DNA from: Thermodesulfobacteriota bacterium
Lineage (GTDB): Bacteria; Desulfobacterota; Desulfobacteria; Desulfobacterales; C00003060
Length of the DNA: 64,000 bases
Assembly: GCA_034189385.1 (NCBI GenBank)
Contig: JAXHVD010000014.1
Span: 32,001 to 96,000 of the forward strand
Direction of reading: 5' to 3'
The notes below the pieces were generated by a model. That model did not search any database. It saw only the letters and a program-made list of their open reading frames with translations, and had not been told where the DNA came from. The translations under genes were made by a program, and so were the position numbers. Within the stretch, counting starts at the first letter, position 1; the number at the start of each line of letters is the position of its first letter. This document shows, one piece after another, positions 12,342-21,875 of this stretch.

Positions 12342-12527
12342 AATCTGTTTTAGTAGCCTGGGCCTGAAATCCAGCCTTGAGCTTTGAATGTGCCCACAGC
12401 ATGGGCATGGAGTGAGGGAGGTGATACTAGAAACGCAGGCCTTGTGCAAGCCCTAATTGGCTTGACCTCATATTGACAGGTATTGACAAAAGGATTATGA
12501 ACAAGACGATCGTCAATGTGGTCTCTT

Positions 12528-12620
12528 GGAGAGGTTGCCGAGTGGCTGAAGGCCCCGCTCTCGAAAAGCGGTATCCTGTGAAAAACGGGATCGTGGGTTC
12601 GAATCCCACCCTCTCCGCCA
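12528..12620 (+). tRNA. tRNA-Ser(CGA)
   Basis: GGAGAGG/CCTCTCC acceptor stem, anticodon arm CCGCT-CTCGAAA-AGCGG, long variable arm, GGTTCGAATCC, encoded CCA. Confidence 0.96.
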
Positions 12621-12948
12621 GTTATTTCATATACTTCACTTGTAAACGATGGCCCCAGAAGGAGGCTAGCACAGACGGCCCTTTCCCAACTTCAAGTGCG
12701 CAGAGACTGTTACATCCCTGTCCTTGCCCCTCTCATCTGTTCTCCATCCCCTGGATCGCCGGGGCCAAAGGCTTTTCCATGAATACGGGGCCCACAATTT
12801 CAACTCTCACTCACGTCGCCCGAGTCACAGATCTCACCAAGGAAAGTGAGCAGGGAAACGGATGAAACGAGAGAAAGAAGTAATGACGTGAAACGAAAAA
12901 AGGGAAGTGGCAGGCGCAGGTCTTTCAGGCCCAAGATTCCGTACGTGC

Positions 12949-13194
12949 CTATCGGTGGTATTTCTGAAAGATGGCAAAATGTGTGGGACATGAACAAATA
13001 TAGCTGTATCCAAAAAGGACTCGATAGGGGCAGGCAATGAGCTCAGCGTCTTTCAAAAACAATACATTCTTGCCGACTGCGTAACGGACTTCACACATGC
13101 CGCCACCTCCGTGTTCCTCGGCACGAAGACAGAAAAACTGGCGTGGACACCTCACGGTTTCTCTGATCACCTCATCTGGTATGCTATATGTCAT
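12949..13194 (-). CDS. Small cysteine-rich hypothetical protein
   Basis: 81 aa, CxxxxxC...C...CPY...CSCP, AAGGGA RBS upstream. Confidence 0.65.
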   Translation of the reverse strand: MTYSIPDEVIRETVRCPRQFFCLRAEEHGGGGMCEVRYAVGKNVLFLKDAELIACPYRVLFGYSYICSCPTHFAIFQKYHR

Positions 13195-14220
13195 AGTCCC
13201 TTACTTGGTTGAAACGGAAAAGACAATGGCTGGCGAAACCCTTGCCGCCCTGAAGTGGCCTATCCATGTCTTTTTTTTGTAGCCTATCGACTTTAAGGGA
13301 GTCAATCCCCATAACATGCCATTTTCTAGACAAAAACTACCTATCGTTTCTGCGGAAACTACGTAGGCCAAGGGGCCCATTTTCCGGCCTTGGCCGGTTC
13401 GCGCGCCTGTCCAGTCTGTCTAAGGCAGTAGGACAAGGCCCAGTGACGCAGCAGCGGGGAGAGATGGCTGACGGGCAGAAGAAACAAAAGAACCCCCTGA
13501 GAACATTGGGGGCATGAGGGAGAGATGGAGGACCCCGTGCCACTGTTCCCAGGGGAGGAGGTAAGAGGACGGAAGTGGGATGGGTTTACCACATGTAGTC
13601 CGTCCGTTATGTGAAAATAAGCACGATCAAAGAGGAAGTCAAGTCGAACCCCTCACCCTTGCACCGTCTTTTTGACAAAAAAGGGGGGGCGTTCAGGACC
13701 CATGGGACAACACATGCCATCAACGACGCAAGGTGAAAACAATGCCAGGACCATCGTTTGACTTCGATGGACTTTTCCTGTATATTAATATAAATATCGT
13801 CACTTTTTACATAATTATGGGGCTGCGGCCACGAGGGTGGTCTCCACAGAAGGAGTGCCTGTGCCAACGCCGCTTCTAACGGGGATGGCTTTCTTGGCAG
13901 GCCTTAAAACAAAGGCCCTTTGATCCTTTTGATTGTGATCTCTCTGCTCGTCGCGTCACAGGGACGGGGACCCATGAAAAGCGCCTGTCTTCTTTCAACA
14001 GATCCCTTGTGCAAAAAAGGACCGTCACATGAGTAGCCGTCGACGTGGTCAGAGGGAGAAGCGATCAGGAGGAAAGAAGGGCAACGTGTCCGGGTCAAGA
14101 AGCACGTATGAGTGGAATTTCAATGCGTCAGGGGACTGGTGGCAAGATAGGCGGTCCGGAGATGACAGGCGAGGGCCAGGTGTTGATGCATATCAGAAGG
14201 TTTCTTCCCGGGAGCTGACC

Positions 14221-14607
14221 ATGAAAGGGCCGATTGAGCAAAGACAGTATGCGCGATTTCGCGTCCCTGGCCTCGGCGCCTATGCCGTCTTTAGACGCCA
14301 CGGGCCTTTGTCCCCTATGATGGGTGAGATTATCGATGTGGGAGGCGGTGGCCTTTCGTTTTGTTACACGACCAACGAAAAAGACCCGTCCAGACCATCT
14401 GAGTTAGACATCCTCTTGACAGACGGCAGTTTTTCATTAAACCACCTCCCCTTTAAGCTCATATCGGAGGTGCCATTAGAAGATGAAGGATCTCTCGGCA
14501 TTGCCACCAGGCGATGTGGCGTGCAGTTCCAGGACCTGACAGATCACCAGAGATCTCACCTGATGTATTTCATCCAGGCATACACTACGGCAGACCCAGA
14601 GGCGTAG
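14221..14607 (+). CDS. PilZ-domain protein
   Basis: QRQYARF (RxxxR), IDVGGGGL (D/NxSxxG variant), RRCGVQF; GGAG RBS. The frame stays open upstream to 14029. Confidence 0.85.
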   Translation: MKGPIEQRQYARFRVPGLGAYAVFRRHGPLSPMMGEIIDVGGGGLSFCYTTNEKDPSRPSELDILLTDGSFSLNHLPFKLISEVPLEDEGSLGIATRRCGVQFQDLTDHQRSHLMYFIQAYTTADPEA

Positions 14608-14987
14608 CAGGGCTCGGGCAAGCCAAGAATTCCCCCACCGCCCTATCAATCCCTTTGCCGTTCATCCGCAAGGGGGCAGGCTACAGGCCCATGGGGGCGT
14701 CAAAAGATTCTGTCATGGACATTTAAGGCAGTCCTACTAAGGGCTTTCCGTGCTGGCGGCACAGCGCTCCATTAGACGCTCTTTGGACGAGCGGTTCCAC
14801 AGGACTTGTCATTCTAGCCGTAAGATGCTAACTCTCCCTATCCTGCACGGAAAGGCAGCCTTGCCACCAGCGGCGCTTGCTGTGGACCTTGATCCAGGTT
14901 CGCCAGAATGACGTGACATGGCCGCTTTGCACTTTTCGTGAATCCGTCATCATTAGACCGGAAAAAAGAACTAAGGAGGAAAAGACG

Positions 14988-15239
14988 GTGAAAGACGACA
15001 GGGGCTTATACTACTATCCTTTTCCCCAGAACAAACGGGTCCGTATGTATGTGCGCGAAATTGAGGGCAACATCTTGTTCAGGCTTTGGAATACAGACGA
15101 TCCTGCACTCTGGGACGAACACGGCTGGGTACCCTACGATGCCATCAAGCAAGCTGCAGCCATGCACAACCACAAGAAGTTTGACCCCAACCAGGCCTAC
15201 GACATCAATGTGGCCAAGATGCTCCTCAAGGATGCGTAA
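14988..15239 (+). CDS. Hypothetical protein
   Basis: Strong AAGGAGG RBS plus GTG; MKDDRGLYYYPFPQNKRVRMYVRE...HGWVPYDAIKQAA. Confidence 0.75.
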   Translation: MKDDRGLYYYPFPQNKRVRMYVREIEGNILFRLWNTDDPALWDEHGWVPYDAIKQAAAMHNHKKFDPNQAYDINVAKMLLKDA

Positions 15240-15386
15240 ACCTCGAACTGCTTATCGCCTCACTCCCCGACCCCCTTTGATCAACTCATGGGGACAAGAG
15301 ACTCTTGTTCGACATTGCCTATCTATCTTCTGGGTCTCACCCCCATGTCCCTTGGAGAAACCACCCCAAATCAATAGCCCCCCTTG

Positions 15387-15631
15387 GAGACCTTTGCAGA
15401 ACCCTTCTCACTTGATTCTGTGATCTATTTGACCCTTTTTCGGCCTTGTTCGCCAAATCGCGACACGAAGTGCCTCTCTTCAAGCCGCCAGGCGCAACCT
15501 TTGCCCTCATACTCGGCCTAAGGGCCTCAAACAGTTCACGATTTACCCACTAGCGTGGGCCGCTCACAGCAGCCGAATGGGTGCCCCAAATAGCTCACAA
15601 TGACCGTTCGAAAGGGTTATGCAAAGCTCTC
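15387..15631. mobile_element. MITE family E, copy 1 (IS5/IS1106-like ends)
   Basis: TIR GAGACCTTTGCAGAACCC / GGGTTATGCAAAGCTCTC, flanked by CCTTG on both sides; shares blocks with 45538-45770. Confidence 0.82.
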
Positions 15632-15663
15632 CCTTGGTCAATGACAGACACAGGCCTTGGGCA

Positions 15664-16494
15664 CTAGGGTTGGATGATGCCGGCATCGCGCAGAAAGGGC
15701 TTCGCGTCTTGCCAGAATGCGTGCCAACTCGGCGGACAGTCGTTGTGGTGGCAATCATAGGAAAGCATAGTGCCATTCTTGGCCACCTTAAAAAGAGCTA
15801 CGCCATGCCTGTAGGGAACGAGGGTGTCCTTTTTCCCGTGCATCACGAGAACCGGGCCTGGATAGGAACCAACGACGGCAAGGTTGTCAAAGGGGTCCAG
15901 GACAAAAAAGCCGGGAACCAGAAACTGGGACGCACAGGTCCGGACGCTCGTAAAGGTAGACAGCAGTATGAGGGCTGCCGAAGGCCGCTTTGCAGCGAGG
16001 CAGCAGGCCGCGCCACCGCCGAGTGAGCGCCCCAATAGGACAATTCGGGACCGGTCCACGTCTTCCCGCACGGCAAGGGCATCATAGGCCGCTACAAAGG
16101 CCTCTGTAATACTCTTCTGGGAAGGACTCCCCTCTGAGCGCCCATAACCAGGATATTCAACAAGCAATACCCCCAGTCCAAGGGCCGTGGCCGAGCTAAA
16201 CTCATGGGGCCAAAAGTCGATCAGCTCTGCATTTCCATGGGCGAAGATCACTGCCGGCGTTGGTTCCCCCCGAGGGGTCGTCGTTGCAGGGAGAAACCAT
16301 GCCTCCACCTTTCCATAACTGGTCTTGAGCCAGATCCTCTCTAATCCAGGAATACCCTTTGCCATTCCCAAGGGAGCCCTGATGTGATGGCGAGGAAACA
16401 CCACCTGCCTTTGAAATAGAAAGAGAAGGAAGCAGTACGCCACATACAACAGGAGAGCCCCTAAGATAACTTGTGCCACTCGTTTCCCTTTCAT
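15664..16494 (-). CDS. Alpha/beta hydrolase (ABHD13-like), membrane anchored
   Basis: HGNAE, YPGYGRSEG, GRSLGG, HGKKD, HHND; start overlaps the livF stop. Confidence 0.9.
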   Translation of the reverse strand: MKGKRVAQVILGALLLYVAYCFLLFLFQRQVVFPRHHIRAPLGMAKGIPGLERIWLKTSYGKVEAWFLPATTTPRGEPTPAVIFAHGNAELIDFWPHEFSSATALGLGVLLVEYPGYGRSEGSPSQKSITEAFVAAYDALAVREDVDRSRIVLLGRSLGGGAACCLAAKRPSAALILLSTFTSVRTCASQFLVPGFFVLDPFDNLAVVGSYPGPVLVMHGKKDTLVPYRHGVALFKVAKNGTMLSYDCHHNDCPPSWHAFWQDAKPFLRDAGIIQP

Positions 16495-17195
16495 ATCCCA
16501 AGAAAGGCTTCCCGGACCTGTCGGTTCTCCGTGAGGTCCGAAGGGCCCCCCTCTAGGACGACGCGGCCATTTTCGAGGACATAGGCCCTGTCACACATCC
16601 TCAAGGCCTGTTTCACGTTCTGCTCCACTAAAAGGACCGTCACCCCATGTTCATTGATCCTTTCAATGACATGAAAAATTTCTTCAACCAGGAGCGGGGC
16701 AAGGCCTAAAGAGGGCTCGTCAAACATCATGAGCTTGGGACGTCCCATCAGGCCCCTGCCCAAGGCAAGCATTTGCTGCTCACCACCGGAAAGGGTCCCG
16801 GCCATCTGTTTTTTCCTCTCCTTGAGCCTCGGAAAGAGGTCATAGACATGGGCCATCGTCTCCCACCGTTTCCCTTTTGCCGGCTCACAAAGTGAACCCA
16901 TGATCAGGTTCTCTTCTACACTCATCTCAGGAAACAGGCGCCTGCCCTCAGGGACATGGACAATGCCGTGCTCAATGACCTTATAGGCAGGGACCCGGTC
17001 CAGGCGGACACCATCAAAATCGATCATGCCCTTAAAAGGATGCATCAAGGCCGAAATGGTTCTGAGGATGGTGGTCTTGCCTGCCCCATTGACACCCACT
17101 AAGACAACAATCTCCTTCTCCCGGACCTCAAAGGAGACATCCCACAGGACCTGAAGATCCCCGTAAAAGACATCCACCCTATGAACCTTCAGCAT
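16491..17195 (-). CDS. livF: Branched-chain amino acid ABC transporter ATPase
   Basis: GVNGAGKT, VPEGRRLF, LSGGEQQ, DEPSLGLAP. Confidence 0.93.
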   Translation of the reverse strand: MLKVHRVDVFYGDLQVLWDVSFEVREKEIVVLVGVNGAGKTTILRTISALMHPFKGMIDFDGVRLDRVPAYKVIEHGIVHVPEGRRLFPEMSVEENLIMGSLCEPAKGKRWETMAHVYDLFPRLKERKKQMAGTLSGGEQQMLALGRGLMGRPKLMMFDEPSLGLAPLLVEEIFHVIERINEHGVTVLLVEQNVKQALRMCDRAYVLENGRVVLEGGPSDLTENRQVREAFLGI

Positions 17196-17907
17196 ATTCC
17201 TTTCCCAGATAGGCTTCAATGACTGCTGGGTTGTTTGCCACTTCATGAGGGGTGCCCTCTGCAATGGTCTCTCCAAAGCTGATGGCATGAATCCGGTCCG
17301 ATATCGTCATCATCACCTTCATAATGTGTTCCACGATAATAATGGACACCCCTTTATCCCGGATCTTCTTGATCAGTTCAATGGCTCCCTCCAACTCCAG
17401 GGGGTTCAGTCCCGCAGCAGTCTCGTCCAGCAGCAAGAGCTCTGGTTGGGTGGCCATGACCCTGGCAATCTCAAGCCGCTTTCTCTCGCCAATAGAAAGG
17501 GTCTTGGCAAGGACCTCTTTGCGGTGCTCGAAGCTACAAAAGGCCAGTGTTTCCAGGGCCAGATCACGGGCTTCTGCTTTCGTTGCCACCTTGGCAAAGG
17601 CAGCCGCTATCACATTGTCTAGAACGGTCATCCTGCCAAGGGGCCTTACGATCTGGAACGTCCGCCCAATACCGAGTCTTGAGATTCTATGTGTCTTCAG
17701 CCCCGTGATATTGCGGCCTTTAAAATGGATCGTCCCCCTTGTGGGGCGATGATAGTTGCTGATAAGATTAAAAATGGTGGTCTTGCCGGAGCCGTTAGGG
17801 CCGATCAAACCCAAGATCTCTCCCTGGTGGACCTTGAAACTCACGTTGCTCACCGCTGCAAGCCCTCCAAAATGTTTTACCAGGCCTCTGACCTCGAAAA
17901 GACTCAC
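17179..17907 (-). CDS. livG: Branched-chain amino acid ABC transporter ATPase
   Basis: FGGLAAV, GPNGSGKT, GIGRTFQ, VIEAYLG. Confidence 0.93.
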   Translation of the reverse strand: MSLFEVRGLVKHFGGLAAVSNVSFKVHQGEILGLIGPNGSGKTTIFNLISNYHRPTRGTIHFKGRNITGLKTHRISRLGIGRTFQIVRPLGRMTVLDNVIAAAFAKVATKAEARDLALETLAFCSFEHRKEVLAKTLSIGERKRLEIARVMATQPELLLLDETAAGLNPLELEGAIELIKKIRDKGVSIIIVEHIMKVMMTISDRIHAISFGETIAEGTPHEVANNPAVIEAYLGKEYAEGS

Positions 17908-18920
17908 CCCGCCATACCCTTCTTTCTAACTGAAGAGACCGTCCCCATCATCTTATCCCAATCACCTACGATGCCATTGGGAAGGAGAAGGATGACCACC
18001 ACCACCAGAATACCAAAGCCCAACACATGGGCTTGCATCACATACCCGGCCACTACGTGGACGACATCAGACCCAGTGAGCACCGCCAGCGTGTTGAAAA
18101 ATCCAAAAAATCCGGTCCTAAAAAACTCATGCACCGCCACCATCACAAAGGCCCCCACCACGGGGCCATAGAGGGTCCCCACACCCCCTACAATCCCTAC
18201 CAGAATAGCCATGATAGAGATGTCGTGAAGAGAAAACACCACCTCAGGGTCAATAAACCCCATGTAGTTCATATACAAAGACCCGGCCATCCCCGTGAGA
18301 AAGGCTGCAATGTTCAAAGAAACCATCTTGTAAAAGTGGGTATCAATGCCCAGGCTCTCGGCCGCATCCTGGTCTTCCCGGATGGAGACAAAGTAATAGC
18401 CCCATTTGGAGCCCATGATCATTTGGATGCTCAGCACGGAGACTGCGGCCAGTCCCAGGGCAATGTAGTAATAGGGCACCTTGGAGACAAAGGTCTGCAT
18501 AATGAGAATCCCTACCATGCCATCGGTCAAAGACTCCCACAGGGTGGCCACATGGCGCATGACCTCATTTAGGGCAAGGGTGGCAAGGGCGAAGTAGGCC
18601 CCCCTTAAGCGAAAACAGATCCAGCCGAAAGGCAGGGCAACGGCCATGGCCATCACCCCCCCAAAGGCCATGGCCCACCAGGCTGAAATGCCCAGTTTGT
18701 GAGCAAAAAGCCCTGCCGTGTAGGCCCCTGTGCCAAAAAAAGCGGCATCGCCAAAAGAGACCTGTCCTGTATAGCCGGCAATCACGTTCCACCCAGAACC
18801 GATGACCACCCACATGAGAACCAGGATCATTAGATGCTGCTGATAGTCGTCTTTGACCATGAGGGGAAAGAGGATCAGGACAAACAGCAATACCAGGGGC
18901 AAGATTCTTTTCACGGTCAT
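17904..18920 (-). CDS. livM: Branched-chain amino acid ABC transporter permease
   Basis: GYTGQVSFG, RLRGAYFALATL, IREDQDAAESLG; start uncertain (18920 or 18992). Confidence 0.92.
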   Translation of the reverse strand: MTVKRILPLVLLFVLILFPLMVKDDYQQHLMILVLMWVVIGSGWNVIAGYTGQVSFGDAAFFGTGAYTAGLFAHKLGISAWWAMAFGGVMAMAVALPFGWICFRLRGAYFALATLALNEVMRHVATLWESLTDGMVGILIMQTFVSKVPYYYIALGLAAVSVLSIQMIMGSKWGYYFVSIREDQDAAESLGIDTHFYKMVSLNIAAFLTGMAGSLYMNYMGFIDPEVVFSLHDISIMAILVGIVGGVGTLYGPVVGAFVMVAVHEFFRTGFFGFFNTLAVLTGSDVVHVVAGYVMQAHVLGFGILVVVVILLLPNGIVGDWDKMMGTVSSVRKKGMAG

Positions 18921-19007
18921 TTTTTGATTCTTTTCCCCATGAGTCGATGCAAAGGGTCTGCAGTAGGCCTTCTGACCGGACGTCTCAGCCAACGTGGGGG
19001 AGTCAAC

Positions 19008-19883
19008 TCAAATCTTGGTCAACCGCTTGAAGCCACCAGGCAGAAACAGGAGTACTAGAAGAAAAATCAGCAGGCCGATCATGTCGTCATAGGCCATGCC
19101 TATGTAGGTTGCGCCAAATGATTCAGCAAGTCCCAGGGTGACACCGCCGAAAATTGCCCCCACTGTGGACCCTAGGCCCCCCAGGATAGTGATGACAAAA
19201 GCCTTTCTGGTAAATGGTCCCCCAATGTCGGGAAATAAGTAATAGAGCGGCATGAGCAGGGTGCCGGCCACCGCCACAAGGGCTGCCCCAATGCCAAACG
19301 TGATGATCGTGATGCGTCTGGGGTTGACCCCCATGAGCGATGCGGCGTCCTTGTCCTGGCCCACAGCGCGAATGGATCTGCCGATATCTGTCTTGCGCAA
19401 GAACCAGAACATGAAGACCGTAAAGGCCACGGCCAAGAAAAACGCTGCTGTCAGGGCCACACTAAAAGAGATCTCTCCCAGATAGAAGGCAGAGCTCGAA
19501 TAGCTCGTCTTCACAGATCGATAGTCAGAACCAAAAACGAACCGTGCGATCTCGGTGAGGACCATGCCGATCCCCACGGTCATAAGGACTTGATTCTCAG
19601 GGAGGAGGGATTCCACTTCCATAAGTGGATTCAGGGTATATTTTTGGATCACCATCCCAAGGAGAAACAGGAGAGGGGTACTGATAAATAGGGCTAGATA
19701 AGGGTCGATTCCAAGGTAGTGAAAGCACACAAAGGTGACATACATGGCCACCATCATCAATTGACCGTGGGCCAGATTGATGATGCCCATGACCCCCATG
19801 ATCAGGGTCATGCCAATGCCTATGAGGCTGTATAGGCCGCCCTTGAGAATGCCTGCCACCAAGGTCTGCAAGAAGACTTCCAT
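19008..19883 (-). CDS. livH: Branched-chain amino acid ABC transporter permease
   Basis: IINLAHG, GRSIRAVGQD, ILGGLGS. Confidence 0.92.
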   Translation of the reverse strand: MEVFLQTLVAGILKGGLYSLIGIGMTLIMGVMGIINLAHGQLMMVAMYVTFVCFHYLGIDPYLALFISTPLLFLLGMVIQKYTLNPLMEVESLLPENQVLMTVGIGMVLTEIARFVFGSDYRSVKTSYSSSAFYLGEISFSVALTAAFFLAVAFTVFMFWFLRKTDIGRSIRAVGQDKDAASLMGVNPRRITIITFGIGAALVAVAGTLLMPLYYLFPDIGGPFTRKAFVITILGGLGSTVGAIFGGVTLGLAESFGATYIGMAYDDMIGLLIFLLVLLFLPGGFKRLTKI

Positions 19884-19949
19884 GATAACTCCGAAATACT
19901 CACCGGCAAGCACAGTTACAGAGTCATTCCAAAACCCTCCATGACCTCT

Positions 19950-21140
19950 CTAACGTTCATTCCATTTGGGCACGGGATAGACGTACTTGGCTGTGGCCAC
20001 ATCTTTGGGCCAAACCGTCTCAAGCTTGCCGTGGAGCCACTGGACCAGAAAGGTGGGAAGCCGGTTCTGCTGGGTCTTTTTGTCGTAGGCCACAAACTTC
20101 ACAGGCCCAAAGGCCGTCATCATATCTGTTGTGGCAAGGGCATCTCTTAGCCCCTTTGGTGTCAAAGAGGTGGCCCGCTTTAGTGCGTCTGCCATGACAT
20201 ACATGGCCGCATAGGCTTCAGCCCCATGATACTCTGTAGGGCAACCGTAGGTTGCAGCAAACTTGTCGTAATAGGCCTTTGCCCCTGGGTAGGGAACAGA
20301 AGGGGTCCACAGCGTAGCGGAAAAGACGTAGTCTGAGGCATCTCCTGCATTCTTCTGAAATTCAGGAAGGGTAAAACCGGCGGCGCCGCCCACAAAGAGC
20401 CTTGGATTCAGATTCAGCTCTTTGGCCTGCCGCATGAGCAAGGAAGCGTCCATGACATATGAAATCATGTACAAAAAATCTGGCTTCTTGGCCTTGACCT
20501 TTACAAGGAGGGGCTTGAAATCCACGGCACCAGCCTCATAGCCCTCCTCCATCACAACCTTTAGACCCAGGTCTCCACACTGTTTGGAAAATTTCTTGGA
20601 CCCTGATTGACCGAACAGGGTGTTCTCATGAAGGATCACAGCTGTCTTCACATCCCCTATCTCAGAAATGAAAGAGCCTAATGCCTTGGGATACTCGCTT
20701 ACCGGGGGATTCAGTCTGAAGATGTACTCCCAATCCTGCTCTGTGATCCTGTCTGCAGAACCGGTATTGACCAGAAAGGGCACCTGGCGCTGCTGTGCCA
20801 CAGCTACAGCCGCCCATGTCACGGAACTGGAATAACCGCCACCCACCATCAGAACCTTGTCCCTTGAGATCAACTTCTCAATAGCAGAACGCCCCACATC
20901 GGGCTTTCCTGTGGTGTCCTCAATGATCAGATCAATCCTCTTCCCATTTACCCCCCCGGAAGCATTGATCTCGTCTACAGCGAGGATGAATGACCTCTTT
21001 TCGATTTCACCAAACTTGGCCAACTTCCCGGTCAAAGGTAAGATGACGCCCACCTTTAACCCATCGGCGCCAAAGGCCCCTGAATATACCAGACCCATCA
21101 AGGGCAAAAGACAGCCCAGGATCAACGCGCACTTTTTCAT
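19950..21140 (-). CDS. ABC transporter substrate-binding protein (LivK/LivJ type)
   Basis: Signal peptide, VGVILPLTG, INASGGVNG, GGYSSSV. Confidence 0.92.
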   Translation of the reverse strand: MKKCALILGCLLPLMGLVYSGAFGADGLKVGVILPLTGKLAKFGEIEKRSFILAVDEINASGGVNGKRIDLIIEDTTGKPDVGRSAIEKLISRDKVLMVGGGYSSSVTWAAVAVAQQRQVPFLVNTGSADRITEQDWEYIFRLNPPVSEYPKALGSFISEIGDVKTAVILHENTLFGQSGSKKFSKQCGDLGLKVVMEEGYEAGAVDFKPLLVKVKAKKPDFLYMISYVMDASLLMRQAKELNLNPRLFVGGAAGFTLPEFQKNAGDASDYVFSATLWTPSVPYPGAKAYYDKFAATYGCPTEYHGAEAYAAMYVMADALKRATSLTPKGLRDALATTDMMTAFGPVKFVAYDKKTQQNRLPTFLVQWLHGKLETVWPKDVATAKYVYPVPKWNER

Positions 21141-21190
21141 TGTTTTGCCCCCTGCTCTGTAGCCCATGCCGCTAAGTTTGACGCAGTACG

Positions 21191-21226
21191 AAAAAAGGGG
21201 CTCTGGGATAAGTACCCGAAACCCCT
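21191..21226 (-). terminator. Putative terminator after tRNA-Thr
   Basis: AGGGG...CCCCT hairpin with an A6 run (U-tract on the minus strand). Confidence 0.5.
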
Positions 21227-21236
21227 GCATTGTTTT

Positions 21237-21311
<75 letters not shown>

Positions 21312-21448
21312 TAAATGCTCAAAACACCTTGTATCATGGGTGCTTATAAGCAGTCAACGAAATTTGCAACCTGTAGAAAATAGGCCGAAATCCACTTAAG
21401 CCCCCATCTGTCTTTTGACGGCAAAGAGGACATCTGTGGAATCTCACC

Positions 21449-21686
21449 TTGAACCCTCCCCGTGACCTGCGAAGCGCCGCCGTCAGGCAGAACCCACGGG
21501 CAATGTTCTCCCTCACGGGAGAGCTCCGCAGCACCGTAAGGTTGTTGTCTTTTTTACTATACGCTCGCTAACCCCGCAGCCTGCGCCGCGCTAGCACTGG
21601 CAACTAGCAGAACCTCTGCCGCCAGGCAGAACCTACGGGGCTGCGGTAGCTCTCCTGTCGAGAATGCGCTCGCTTATTCGGTTCAA
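21449..21686. mobile_element. Hairpin miniature element family B, long form
   Basis: TTGAACCCTCCCCG...GAATGCGCTCGCTTATTCGGTTCAA; homologous to 35204-35358 and 37314-37432. Confidence 0.85.
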
Positions 21687-21722
21687 GGAGGGGGTAGACC
21701 TGCCCGTCTGCATCCTTTTTCA

Positions 21723-21752
21723 TTGACGCAGGTCCCCATTTGGTCCTATATT
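21723..21752 (+). promoter_or_regulatory. Putative sigma70 promoter of the men operon
   Basis: TTGACG-N18-TATATT. Confidence 0.4.
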
Positions 21753-21875
21753 CTGAGCCTTTACACGGGGCTTTTTTGCTAGTTATCAGCTAGTTAACTT
21801 TTTTGGCACCCGACGAACGTGGTTCGGGGCCTTCATTTTTTTTGGAAGGAGCTTTCTCCCATCAAGGCTGTCACC

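Noticed and set aside
12620..15660. Island integrated at tRNA-Ser
   Set aside because: Gene-poor region, but no integrase or att-like repeat of the tRNA end was seen.
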